From: an uncultured Pseudomonadales bacterium
GTDB lineage: Bacteria; Patescibacteriota; Microgenomatia; UBA1400; CAYXSR01
Assembly: GCA_964430265.1 (NCBI GenBank)
Contig: CAYSEI010000002.1
Location: forward strand, 20,769-84,768
DNA length: 64,000 nucleotides
Reading direction: 5' to 3'
The notes beneath the pieces were generated by a model that worked only from the letters and a program-made list of their open reading frames with translations, did not search any database and was not told where the DNA came from. The position numbers were made by a program, and so were the translations under genes. Shown here piece after piece: positions 56,429 to 64,000 of this stretch. Position 1 is the first letter of the stretch; every line of letters begins with the position of its first letter.

Positions 56429-57165
56429 CTGATTATCTCCCATTCACCCAAGTTTTTCCCGGTAATTTTGACCCACAAATTATTTATAACATACAAAAAA
56501 ACAACTTCCTTAATAATCCATTTTAAAAATCTTCCCTTGGTTCTGCGCGGAGAGGAAACAACCTCCAATTTAGGGTCAAGAACTGATTTTCCACCAATTT
56601 TATTTAATTTTTTTAAAATTGACAGCTGGTCAGTGTGGTAGCGCAAATCATAACCGCCGATTTTAATAAAGGCGGACTTTTTGATTGCGACGTTTCCGCC
56701 GTAATAAGCAGGTGGTTTTTTAAAAATATTTTGCCAGTTTAAAATAATTTTGGTAAGAAACTTGTTCCAGTTATCTTTTTCTTCTTTTTTTGAAATACAA
56801 CGGTACGGTCCGGTAACCAAAGCTATTTTTTCATCATTTTTAAAATGAGAGTAAATATTTTGCAGCCAATTTTTGGGCACTAAACAATCAGCATCTAAAT
56901 TAATAAAATATTTACCTTTTGATTTTTTAAACCCAGCATTGCGTGCATATAGCAAACCTTTCCTTGACTCGTCAATCAATTTTACAGGAAATTTTTTGGC
57001 TATTTCAGCACTATTATCAGTTGAGTTATTATTAACTACAATAACTTCATAACTTTTTCGAGGAAAATCTTGATGAAAAAGATTATTTAAACAAGAAGCA
57101 AGAATCTTTTCCTCATTGTAGACCGGAATTATCACAGAAAAAAGCAGAGACTTTTCTTTATTCAT
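56425..57165 (-). CDS. GT2 family glycosyltransferase
   Basis: Start refined to MNKEK; SVIIPVYNEE, NNSTD, ARNAG, DAD, GGN. Confidence 0.9.
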   Translation of the reverse strand: MNKEKSLLFSVIIPVYNEEKILASCLNNLFHQDFPRKSYEVIVVNNNSTDNSAEIAKKFPVKLIDESRKGLLYARNAGFKKSKGKYFINLDADCLVPKNWLQNIYSHFKNDEKIALVTGPYRCISKKEEKDNWNKFLTKIILNWQNIFKKPPAYYGGNVAIKKSAFIKIGGYDLRYHTDQLSILKKLNKIGGKSVLDPKLEVVSSPRRTKGRFLKWIIKEVVFLYVINNLWVKITGKNLGEWEIIR

Positions 57166-57189
57166 AAAAAAATTATAGCACAGCAAAGT

Positions 57190-58326
57190 TTAGATTAGCT
57201 GTTCAACAGTTTTCAGTAATTTTATGCCGGAAGCTAAATTGTATTGCTTTTCTTTGGCTATGCTTTTTTCAAATTTTCTTAGTTCATTTGGATTATTAAT
57301 GATTTTATTCAATAGTTTGCGTGCTTTAAGGGGATCTTCTTCAACAAATCCTAATTCCTTTTTTTGTATCAGCTCCAAATTTCCAGTTTCTTGTCCTTCA
57401 ATATGTGTAATAGCAAAAAAGGGTTTTTTTGAAACCACAGTTTCAAAAAGTAAGTTGGGACCGGCTTTACCAATAACCATATCTGCCACCTGCATTAACT
57501 GTGGTATTTTGTCAGTAAAATTTAAAATTTCCATTTTACAATTTTTAGCTATAAAGCCATTTAATTTTTTTATTAGTTCTTTAAAGGACTTTGCTGCTTT
57601 ATAAAGATCTTTGTTTTTACCACAGATGACAATAATCTGTAAAGGCTTTTCTGTTTCTAAAAAGGTAGGAAAGACTTTTAATATTTGATTTGTTCCTTGA
57701 CTCCCCCCGCAAATTAAAAATGTAGGAGTGTCTTCTTCAAATTTAAAGCGTTGATAATATTTTTTTAAATCATATTTGTTATAAAATTGATTTCTTATAA
57801 ACCAGCCGGTTTTTAATAACTTTTCCGGTTTTATCCCATATTTTTGGGCTTGTCTTATTGTCTCTTGATCATAAACTAAGTTTAAATCAGCTTTTATACT
57901 TAAACTTAAAGGATGAATTGTCCAGGGATCAGTAACAATGTTAATAAAAGGTATAGGTTGTTTTTGGTAGCTTAGAAATTCTTCAATTGCTGGATTAAGA
58001 AATAAATAAGTAGAAATAATTAAATTTGGTTTTTCTTTTTTGATAATTTTTTTAATTACTTCTAACAGCTTTTTTTTCAAAAATTTTTTAAATGCTTTTT
58101 GTAGTGAGTCTTTTTTACCCAGTTCAAATGGAATTTGTATTAGATTGGGAAAATAACGATATAAAGGAGAATAAAATTCAAACATATTTAAACTTTTACG
58201 CATGTCGATTAACCGAGTTTGATATTTTTGTTGCAGAGTCTGTTGCACAGATTTAGCAATGCTGTAATGTCCTTGTGGAGCAGTAAAAATAAGGATTTTT
58301 TTCTTAGTTGCAGGTTTTGCTTGCAT
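57190..58326 (-). CDS. UgtP/MGDG-synthase-like GT28 glycosyltransferase, paralog B
   Basis: QGHYSIA, PNLIISTY, VTDP..HP, CGGSQG, ICGKN, GKAGP, GQETGN. Confidence 0.85.
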   Translation of the reverse strand: MQAKPATKKKILIFTAPQGHYSIAKSVQQTLQQKYQTRLIDMRKSLNMFEFYSPLYRYFPNLIQIPFELGKKDSLQKAFKKFLKKKLLEVIKKIIKKEKPNLIISTYLFLNPAIEEFLSYQKQPIPFINIVTDPWTIHPLSLSIKADLNLVYDQETIRQAQKYGIKPEKLLKTGWFIRNQFYNKYDLKKYYQRFKFEEDTPTFLICGGSQGTNQILKVFPTFLETEKPLQIIVICGKNKDLYKAAKSFKELIKKLNGFIAKNCKMEILNFTDKIPQLMQVADMVIGKAGPNLLFETVVSKKPFFAITHIEGQETGNLELIQKKELGFVEEDPLKARKLLNKIINNPNELRKFEKSIAKEKQYNLASGIKLLKTVEQLI

Positions 58327-58344
58327 ATGAGAAAATTATAACAT
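58327..58344. promoter_or_regulatory. 18-bp bidirectional extended -10 promoter between divergent start codons
   Basis: Minus strand TGtTATAAT-8 nt-ATG(58326); plus strand TGaGAAAAT-8 nt-ATG(58345). Confidence 0.6.
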
Positions 58345-59655
58345 ATGCGAGTAGTTACAGATCTTCATATTCATTCAAAATATTCTCGTGCTGTATCGCC
58401 GAAGATGACTTTAAATGGATTGGCAGAATGGGCGGATAGGAAAGGTATTGATTTGATTGCCAGTGGAGATTGGACCCATCCTATTTGGATAAGAGAAATT
58501 AAAAGTAAGCTTGACCAAACAAGTGAAGGAATATATAGTCTTAAGCAAAGCAAAAGTAAAGCAAATTTCTTGTTGTCAACGGAAATTTCTTCTATATACA
58601 GAGAAGGAAACAAAACTCGAAAGATCCATAATCTTGTTTGGGTGCCTTCAATTGAAACAGCTCAAAAAACAAGTGAAAAGCTTTTAAAACAAGGAGTAAA
58701 TTTAATGAGCGACGGCAGACCGATTATTGGTCTGAGCTCCAAAGAATTAGCAGAACTTGTTTGGTCAGTTAATAAAAATTCAATAATTATTCCAGCGCAT
58801 ATTTGGACGCCTTGGTTTGCTATGTTCGGCTCCAAATCTGGGTTTGATTCCTTAAAGGAATGTTGGGGAGAATATGCAGAAAAAATCTATGCAGTGGAAA
58901 CCGGTTTGTCTTCAGATCCGGAAATGAATTGGAGTGTAAGTGATTTAGACAATTGCAGCTTAGTTTCTTTTTCGGATGCGCATTCTCCGTCTAAACTTGG
59001 CAGGGAATTAACAATTTTTGAACTAGAAAATTTGTCTTTTGAAAATATTTCAAAGGCGATAAATAAAAATATAAAAGATGAAAATAATAAGATTATAAGT
59101 ACAATAGAATTTTATCCTGAAGAAGGTAAATATCATCTATCCGGCCATAGAAAATGTGACATTACCTTTTCATCAAAAGACATTGAAAAAAGAGGAACTA
59201 CATGTCCGGTTTGTGGTAAAACATTGACTTTAGGTGTTGTTTACCGTGTAGCTGAGCTGGCAGATCAAGAAGTGAAAATAATGAAAAAGAAAAATGAAAA
59301 TGGTTTAATGCAGTATTTTAATGAAAATGCACAAGAAAGAGCACCTTATGTGAAACTAGTTCCTTTGGCAGAAATTCTTTCACAGGTTTTGGATGTTGGT
59401 GTTAATACAAAAACTGTAAAAACAGAGTATGACAAGCTTCTTGATAGAATTGGGTCTGAACTGAAAATATTAACCAGAAGTAAGATTAAAGATATTGTCA
59501 AAGTTTCAGGTAAAAAAATTGGCAATGCAATCAAAAAGGTTAGAGAAGGGGAAATATTTGTAAAGCCGGGATTTGATGGTGTATTCGGAGAAGTAAAAAT
59601 ATGGGCGGACGAAGAAGAAAAAAACCAAGAAGAGCAAATGTTTATGTTTTCATAA
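58345..59655 (+). CDS. Endonuclease Q / TIGR00375-like PHP-domain protein
   Basis: DLHIHSKYSRA, GDWTHP, DGRP, PAHIWTPW, ETGLSSD, SDAHS, EEGKYH..GHRKC, CPVCG, PGFDGVFG. Confidence 0.9.
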   Translation: MRVVTDLHIHSKYSRAVSPKMTLNGLAEWADRKGIDLIASGDWTHPIWIREIKSKLDQTSEGIYSLKQSKSKANFLLSTEISSIYREGNKTRKIHNLVWVPSIETAQKTSEKLLKQGVNLMSDGRPIIGLSSKELAELVWSVNKNSIIIPAHIWTPWFAMFGSKSGFDSLKECWGEYAEKIYAVETGLSSDPEMNWSVSDLDNCSLVSFSDAHSPSKLGRELTIFELENLSFENISKAINKNIKDENNKIISTIEFYPEEGKYHLSGHRKCDITFSSKDIEKRGTTCPVCGKTLTLGVVYRVAELADQEVKIMKKKNENGLMQYFNENAQERAPYVKLVPLAEILSQVLDVGVNTKTVKTEYDKLLDRIGSELKILTRSKIKDIVKVSGKKIGNAIKKVREGEIFVKPGFDGVFGEVKIWADEEEKNQEEQMFMFS

Positions 59656-59694
59656 AAATTATAAGCTTAAGTATAATAAATAAAAATTGAAAAT

Positions 59695-60345
59695 ATGTTT
59701 AAAAACAGAAAAGTAGCAGCACAAAAACTAGCTCAAGAAATCCAAAAACATAAGGAAATACAAAAAAAAGGAAACTTGGTTATTATGGGAATTCCTAGAG
59801 GAGGTGTAATCCTTTCGCAAGTAATAAGTCATAAGCTTAAATGTCCAATGGATGTGATTGTAGTTAAAAAAATTAACCCACCGCATAATGAGGAACTGGC
59901 AGTGGGTGCAATTGGAGAGACAAAAGGATCACAGCACTTAAATAACAGAATAATTGATGAACTAAATATAAAAAAAGAATATTTGAAAAAAGAAATTGTC
60001 AGAAAAGAAAAAGAAATAAAAAAAAGAGAAAGTTTTTATCGGCAAAAAAGAAAAGTATTGAAGTTAAAAAACAGAACAGTAATTATTGTTGATGACGGTG
60101 CTGCTACAGGAGAAACTATGATAGCTGCTGCCAGAGAAGTTTGGAACCATCAGCCGCAAAAAGTAATAGCAGCAGTTCCAGTTATATCCCGAGAGGCACT
60201 GGAAAAATTAGAAAAAGAAGTAGATGAAGTAATATATTTAAATTCACCAGAACTATTTTTTGCAGTCGGACAATTTTATAAACAATTTAATCAAATAAAC
60301 GATCCTCAGATATTAGAAATATTAGAGAAAGGTAAAGATGAGTAA
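59695..60345 (+). CDS. Phosphoribosyltransferase family protein (COG1926-like)
   Basis: MFKNR, GIPRGG, ELAVGA, IIVDDGAATG, AVGQFY. Confidence 0.9.
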   Translation: MFKNRKVAAQKLAQEIQKHKEIQKKGNLVIMGIPRGGVILSQVISHKLKCPMDVIVVKKINPPHNEELAVGAIGETKGSQHLNNRIIDELNIKKEYLKKEIVRKEKEIKKRESFYRQKRKVLKLKNRTVIIVDDGAATGETMIAAAREVWNHQPQKVIAAVPVISREALEKLEKEVDEVIYLNSPELFFAVGQFYKQFNQINDPQILEILEKGKDE

Positions 60346-60643
60346 GAAAATTAAAGGAATGCAGTCTTTAAAAAATATATTGGATAATTATGATTATGAA
60401 GATAGTAAAAAATATATATCCCGTGAATTTCAAGATTATGGGCTAAGACTGGCAAAAGAACTGAATGATGAGCAGCATAAAAGTTTATATATAAAACTGG
60501 CAAAGGAGATATCACGGGGATTACTTGAAGAAGCAAGGACTTTTGTTAAAGATGCGTACAATGTTCGCAGTAAAGCAAAGCTTTTTATGTGGAAGTTAAA
60601 ACAACTACGTAAAGAAACAAATAAAGAAAAAGAGGAAAAATGA
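60338..60643 (+). CDS. Hypothetical protein
   Basis: Coupled at both ends; YISREFQDYG..LYIKLAK..LFMWK helical pattern. Confidence 0.7.
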   Translation: MSKKIKGMQSLKNILDNYDYEDSKKYISREFQDYGLRLAKELNDEQHKSLYIKLAKEISRGLLEEARTFVKDAYNVRSKAKLFMWKLKQLRKETNKEKEEK

Positions 60644-60909
60644 AAGCAGTACATGTATATGTATCTGGCAAAGTGCAGGGTGTATTTTATCGAGCAAATA
60701 CAAAAAACAAAGCAAATGAATTGGGAATAAATGGATGGATTAAAAACCGCAAAGACGGCAGGGTTGAAGCTTTTTTTGAAGGTGAAGATGAGAAAGTACA
60801 ACAAATGATAAGTTGGTGTTGGAAGGGATCGCCTATAGCGGAAGTTGATGATGTAATGGTGGAAGTATCAAAGTCTCAAAATTTGCAATCTTTTGAAATA
60901 AAAAGATGA
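60640..60909 (+). CDS. acyP: Acylphosphatase
   Basis: SGKVQGVFYR, GWIKNRKDGRVE, GSP.A.V. Confidence 0.95.
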   Translation: MKAVHVYVSGKVQGVFYRANTKNKANELGINGWIKNRKDGRVEAFFEGEDEKVQQMISWCWKGSPIAEVDDVMVEVSKSQNLQSFEIKR

Positions 60910-61817
60910 AAAACAAAAAGTCCTTAGTTTTAACTTCAGGAGGGCTGGATTCTTTATTAGCAATAAAACTTCTCTTGTTAAGCAATGTTCAAGTAACCGG
61001 ATTAGTTTTCCGCTCCTGTTTTTTTGGTACAAAAAAAGCAGAAAAAGGCTGTCGGCAATTAAATATTGATTGTGTTATAAAAGATATTTCAGAAGAACAT
61101 CTGGAAATAGTTAAGAATCCTGTTTTTAACAAAGGCAAAGGAATAAATCCTTGTATTGACTGTCATTTATTAATGCTTAAAAAAGCCAAAAAAATTAAAA
61201 AAGAAAAAAACTTTGACTTTGTTGCAACAGGAGAAGTTTTAGGACAAAGGCCTTTTTCACAGAATAAAAAAGCCTTAGAAATTTTAAAAAATCAATCCAA
61301 TTTAGATGGATGTTTACTTAGGCCCCTTTCTGCTAAGCTTCTGCGTAAAACCATACCGGAAAAAAAAGGATGGGTAGATGAAAAAAACCTTTTAAATATC
61401 CAAGGGCGTTCAAGAAGTAGACAAATATATTTAGCAGAAAAACATCAAATTCATTATCCCCAGCCTGCTGGTGGTTGTATATTAACTGATTTACATTTTG
61501 CAACCGAATTAAAAAAAATGTTTTTAAAATGGCCGAATTGCAGATGCGAAGATATTAATCTTTTAAAACTAGGAAGACATTTTTGGGAAAGAAGAACATT
61601 AATTACTTTAGGCAGAAACGAAAAAGAAAACAAAAGACTTGAATTAATAAAAAAAGAGAAAGATAAATTTGTTGATCCCAAAAATTTTCCTGGACCTAGT
61701 GCATTGTTAAGAAATCTAGCTACAAAAGTTATTTCCAAAGATGTTAAAAAAGCCAGAAAATTAATTTTAAAATATTCAAAAGAAAACAAAATGAAATCTA
61801 ATCCTAGGTTCAAATAA
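60906..61817 (+). CDS. PP-loop tRNA thiouridylase (ThiI/MnmA-like, CxxC type)
   Basis: SGGLDS, NPCIDCH, TGEVLGQRPFSQ, LRPLSA, GRSR, PAGGC, GRHF. Confidence 0.85.
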   Translation: MKNKKSLVLTSGGLDSLLAIKLLLLSNVQVTGLVFRSCFFGTKKAEKGCRQLNIDCVIKDISEEHLEIVKNPVFNKGKGINPCIDCHLLMLKKAKKIKKEKNFDFVATGEVLGQRPFSQNKKALEILKNQSNLDGCLLRPLSAKLLRKTIPEKKGWVDEKNLLNIQGRSRSRQIYLAEKHQIHYPQPAGGCILTDLHFATELKKMFLKWPNCRCEDINLLKLGRHFWERRTLITLGRNEKENKRLELIKKEKDKFVDPKNFPGPSALLRNLATKVISKDVKKARKLILKYSKENKMKSNPRFK

Positions 61818-61837
61818 CTTATGTTATACTAGATTCA

Positions 61838-62395
61838 ATGAACAAAAAGAAAAAACTTTTACTTGCTTATTTGTCAATAATTTTTATTAAAATTACATTT
61901 AGTAATTTCAGTTTGAACTCAGTGCTTTCTTTATCTACAGTATATAACTTTATGGCTTGGTTTTTAGGTGGATTTATTGGTTGGAATCTTTTGCTTGTGG
62001 ACCAATTTGTTTGGGTTTATTTCACTCACCCAGAGGAAAACTTATCTTTTAATACTAAACACTTTATAGAAAAAGGAAATTATCTTAAAGCCATCAGATA
62101 TTTACTTCAAAATAAAGACAAACAAAATCATTTAGCGTTCAGAAATCTTTATTTTCAAATTGCTTGGCTAGTTTTGGCTTTATTTACAATCACAACTACA
62201 ATTACACTTTTTGGAAAGGCGCTTGTAATGGCAGTAGGTTTGCATTTACTTTTGGACCAGTGGTTTTCATACAAGGAAAAAGGTCATTTTGATTGGCTTT
62301 TCTGGCAATTGAATAAAAAATTAGCACAAGACGGTCAAAAGGCCTATCTTTACCTCATAACTAGCTTATTTGCAATTTTTTCTTTGATGCTGTGA
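61838..62395 (+). CDS. Hypothetical membrane protein
   Basis: Several TMs, LHLLLDQ; own extended -10 promoter. Confidence 0.7.
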   Translation: MNKKKKLLLAYLSIIFIKITFSNFSLNSVLSLSTVYNFMAWFLGGFIGWNLLLVDQFVWVYFTHPEENLSFNTKHFIEKGNYLKAIRYLLQNKDKQNHLAFRNLYFQIAWLVLALFTITTTITLFGKALVMAVGLHLLLDQWFSYKEKGHFDWLFWQLNKKLAQDGQKAYLYLITSLFAIFSLML

Positions 62396-63171
62396 ATTTA
62401 TACGGTTTGTTAATCGTTGCTGGGATAATTGCTTCTTTATCAGTTGCTCAAAGATTGAAACCGCAAAATATAAAAAAAATAGATTTATTCAACATCTTAC
62501 CCTACATTCTTTTACCGGCAATCATTGGTGCACGGCTTTACCATGTAATTGATTTTTTTAGTTATTACTCACAAAAGCCCTTACAAATTCTATATATTTG
62601 GCAGGGTGGCTTGGGAATTTTGGGGGCAATTCTTGGTGGAATAATTGGACTCTTTATTTATGCCAGAAAAGAAAAATTGGATGTTAAACAAAGAAAGGCT
62701 TTACTTAATTTAGTAAGTTTAGTAATGCCTTTGGGTCAGGCAATTGGCAGATTGGGCAACTATTTTAATCAAGAGCTTTATGGCAAGCCAACTCAATTAC
62801 CTTGGGGGATATATATAAATCTGGAAAACAGAGTAATGAAATTTAAAAAATTTTTGTATTTTCACCCTCTTTTCTTTTATGAAAGCCTTTTTAACTTAAT
62901 TGTTTTTGCTTTTTTAATTTGTTTATTGAAATACAAAAAAATAAAAATAAGTTCAGGTATATATTTCTATTTATATCTTTTGTTCTATTCTTTTGCTAGA
63001 TTTATGCTTGATTTTTTAAGAGTCAGAAATTGGGAAATATCATTACCATGGGTTGGTATGGTTGCAGTCAGCCAAGTAATTGCTATAGGTTTAATAGTTT
63101 TTTCTCTGACTCAAATAGTTCGTATTGTGCACAGAAATTTGCTGATTTTAGATGTTTTTGCAAAAAAGTAA
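62392..63171 (+). CDS. lgt: Prolipoprotein diacylglyceryl transferase
   Basis: YG, IGARLYHV, WQGGLGILG, QAIGRLGNYFNQELYG, HPLFFYE, RF..DFLR. Confidence 0.95.
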   Translation: MNLYGLLIVAGIIASLSVAQRLKPQNIKKIDLFNILPYILLPAIIGARLYHVIDFFSYYSQKPLQILYIWQGGLGILGAILGGIIGLFIYARKEKLDVKQRKALLNLVSLVMPLGQAIGRLGNYFNQELYGKPTQLPWGIYINLENRVMKFKKFLYFHPLFFYESLFNLIVFAFLICLLKYKKIKISSGIYFYLYLLFYSFARFMLDFLRVRNWEISLPWVGMVAVSQVIAIGLIVFSLTQIVRIVHRNLLILDVFAKK

Positions 63172-63196
63172 AATCTATAGTAGAATAAACAACGGT

Positions 63197-63913
63197 ATGC
63201 CTAAGCCTAAATATAAACGAATCTTACTCAAACTTTCTGGAGAAACCTTTTTAGGAAACCGAGAATACGGTATTGACCCTAATTTTGTAATATCCTTAGC
63301 TAAAAGAATTAAAGCAATTCAAGACCTAGGTATAGAAGTTGCAATTGTAGTAGGCGGCGGCAATATTTTCCGAGGGCTAGCAGGTGCAAAAAAAGGGATG
63401 GATAGGGTTACAGCTGACTATATGGGTATGTTGGCAACGATTTTAAACGCTTTGTCTTTAAGGTCTGCTTTTGACAATTTAAATATAGAAAATAGGGTAA
63501 TGACTGCAATTGAGATGCGTGCAGTTGCTGAACCGTATATTTATTTACGTGCAATCAGACATATGGAAAAAGGTAGAATTGTGATACTTGGAGGCGGTAG
63601 TGGACTTCCATATATGACTTCGGATACACCGGCGGTTCTAAGAGCATTAGAATTAAAATGCGATTTAATTTTAAAGGCTACGAAAGTAAATGGTGTTTAT
63701 GATAAGGATCCGGAAAAATATCCGGAAGCAAAAAAATATGCAGAAATCTCACATATTGATGCTTTAAATAATCAGGATATTACAGTAATGGATGCTTCAG
63801 CAATTTCTTTATGTATGGAAAATGATCTACCCGTAATTGTATTTAACCTATTAAAAGAAGGAAATATTAAGAGAGTTGTAATGGGAGAAGACGTAGGAAC
63901 GATAATCAAATAA
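63197..63913 (+). CDS. pyrH: UMP kinase
   Basis: Start refined to MPKPKYKRILLKLSGE; GGGNIFRG, DYMGMLAT, GVYDKDP, VMD. Confidence 0.97.
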   Translation: MPKPKYKRILLKLSGETFLGNREYGIDPNFVISLAKRIKAIQDLGIEVAIVVGGGNIFRGLAGAKKGMDRVTADYMGMLATILNALSLRSAFDNLNIENRVMTAIEMRAVAEPYIYLRAIRHMEKGRIVILGGGSGLPYMTSDTPAVLRALELKCDLILKATKVNGVYDKDPEKYPEAKKYAEISHIDALNNQDITVMDASAISLCMENDLPVIVFNLLKEGNIKRVVMGEDVGTIIK

Positions 63914-63942
63914 TTAAAAATATTCTGATTAACAAAGAAAAT

Positions 63943-63965
63943 AGCCCCGAAAGCGGGGTTTTTTT
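63943..63965 (+). terminator. Rho-independent terminator after pyrH
   Basis: GCCCCG-AAAG-CGGGGT followed by a T-run. Confidence 0.8.
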
Positions 63966-63968
63966 AAT

Positions 63969-64000
63969 ATGAAAACATTTAAAATTATTACCTTTGGCTG
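63969..64000 (+). CDS. MiaB/MtaB/RimO-type methylthiotransferase, N-terminus only
   Basis: MKTFKIITFG(C), matching the UPF0004 'T(F/L)GC' start; truncated by the window end. Confidence 0.65.
   Translation, partial: MKTFKIITFG

Noticed and set aside
2506-61813. Numerous short antisense or shadow ORFs in the track (e.g. 3452-3898, 37142-37537, 50409-50846, 57224-57604)
   Set aside because: They lie opposite well-supported genes, are F/L/S/I-rich mirror translations of Lys/Glu-rich coding strands, and show no motifs.

Overview
AT-rich, gene-dense 64-kb stretch of a bacterial chromosome in genetic code 11 (TGA, TAA and TAG all end real genes). Gene content and protein style suggest a Patescibacteria/CPR, probably Microgenomates-type, genome; this is an inference. 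The evidence is PilN/PilO plus FN3 and PEGA surface proteins, a TrpR/YerC-like gene, an ATP-dependent ligase, and compact MetG and PcrA. Main blocks, left to right: (1) two unannotated small ORFs and assorted housekeeping genes; (2) a DUF134/NifX/CDF/MinD-4Fe4S operon running into tRNA-Cys; (3) about 23 kb of envelope glycan genes (UbiA-type polyprenyl-P phosphoribosyltransferase, WecA/TagO, GT2, LCP, sulfotransferase, eight GT-C domains), including one gene with a premature stop and a GT-C::PMT fusion; (4) a convergent pilN-pilO/surface-protein operon whose products carry Ser/Pro stalks and a shared PxxG-IV(S/G)PT-TM C-terminal signal; (5) rpsT, murJ, lepA; (6) CIRCE-hrcA-grpE-dnaK-dnaJ followed directly by a FICD-like Fic AMPylase; (7) ligase, P-type ATPase and Ca/Na antiporter; (8) a two-UgtP/GT2 glycolipid cluster; (9) EndoQ-like nuclease through pyrH. 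Many genes have a (TGn)TAnnnT -10 box only 6-9 nt before the start codon, implying leaderless mRNAs. No CRISPR array, integrase or transposase was seen. All product calls come from motif recognition by eye; no searches were run.
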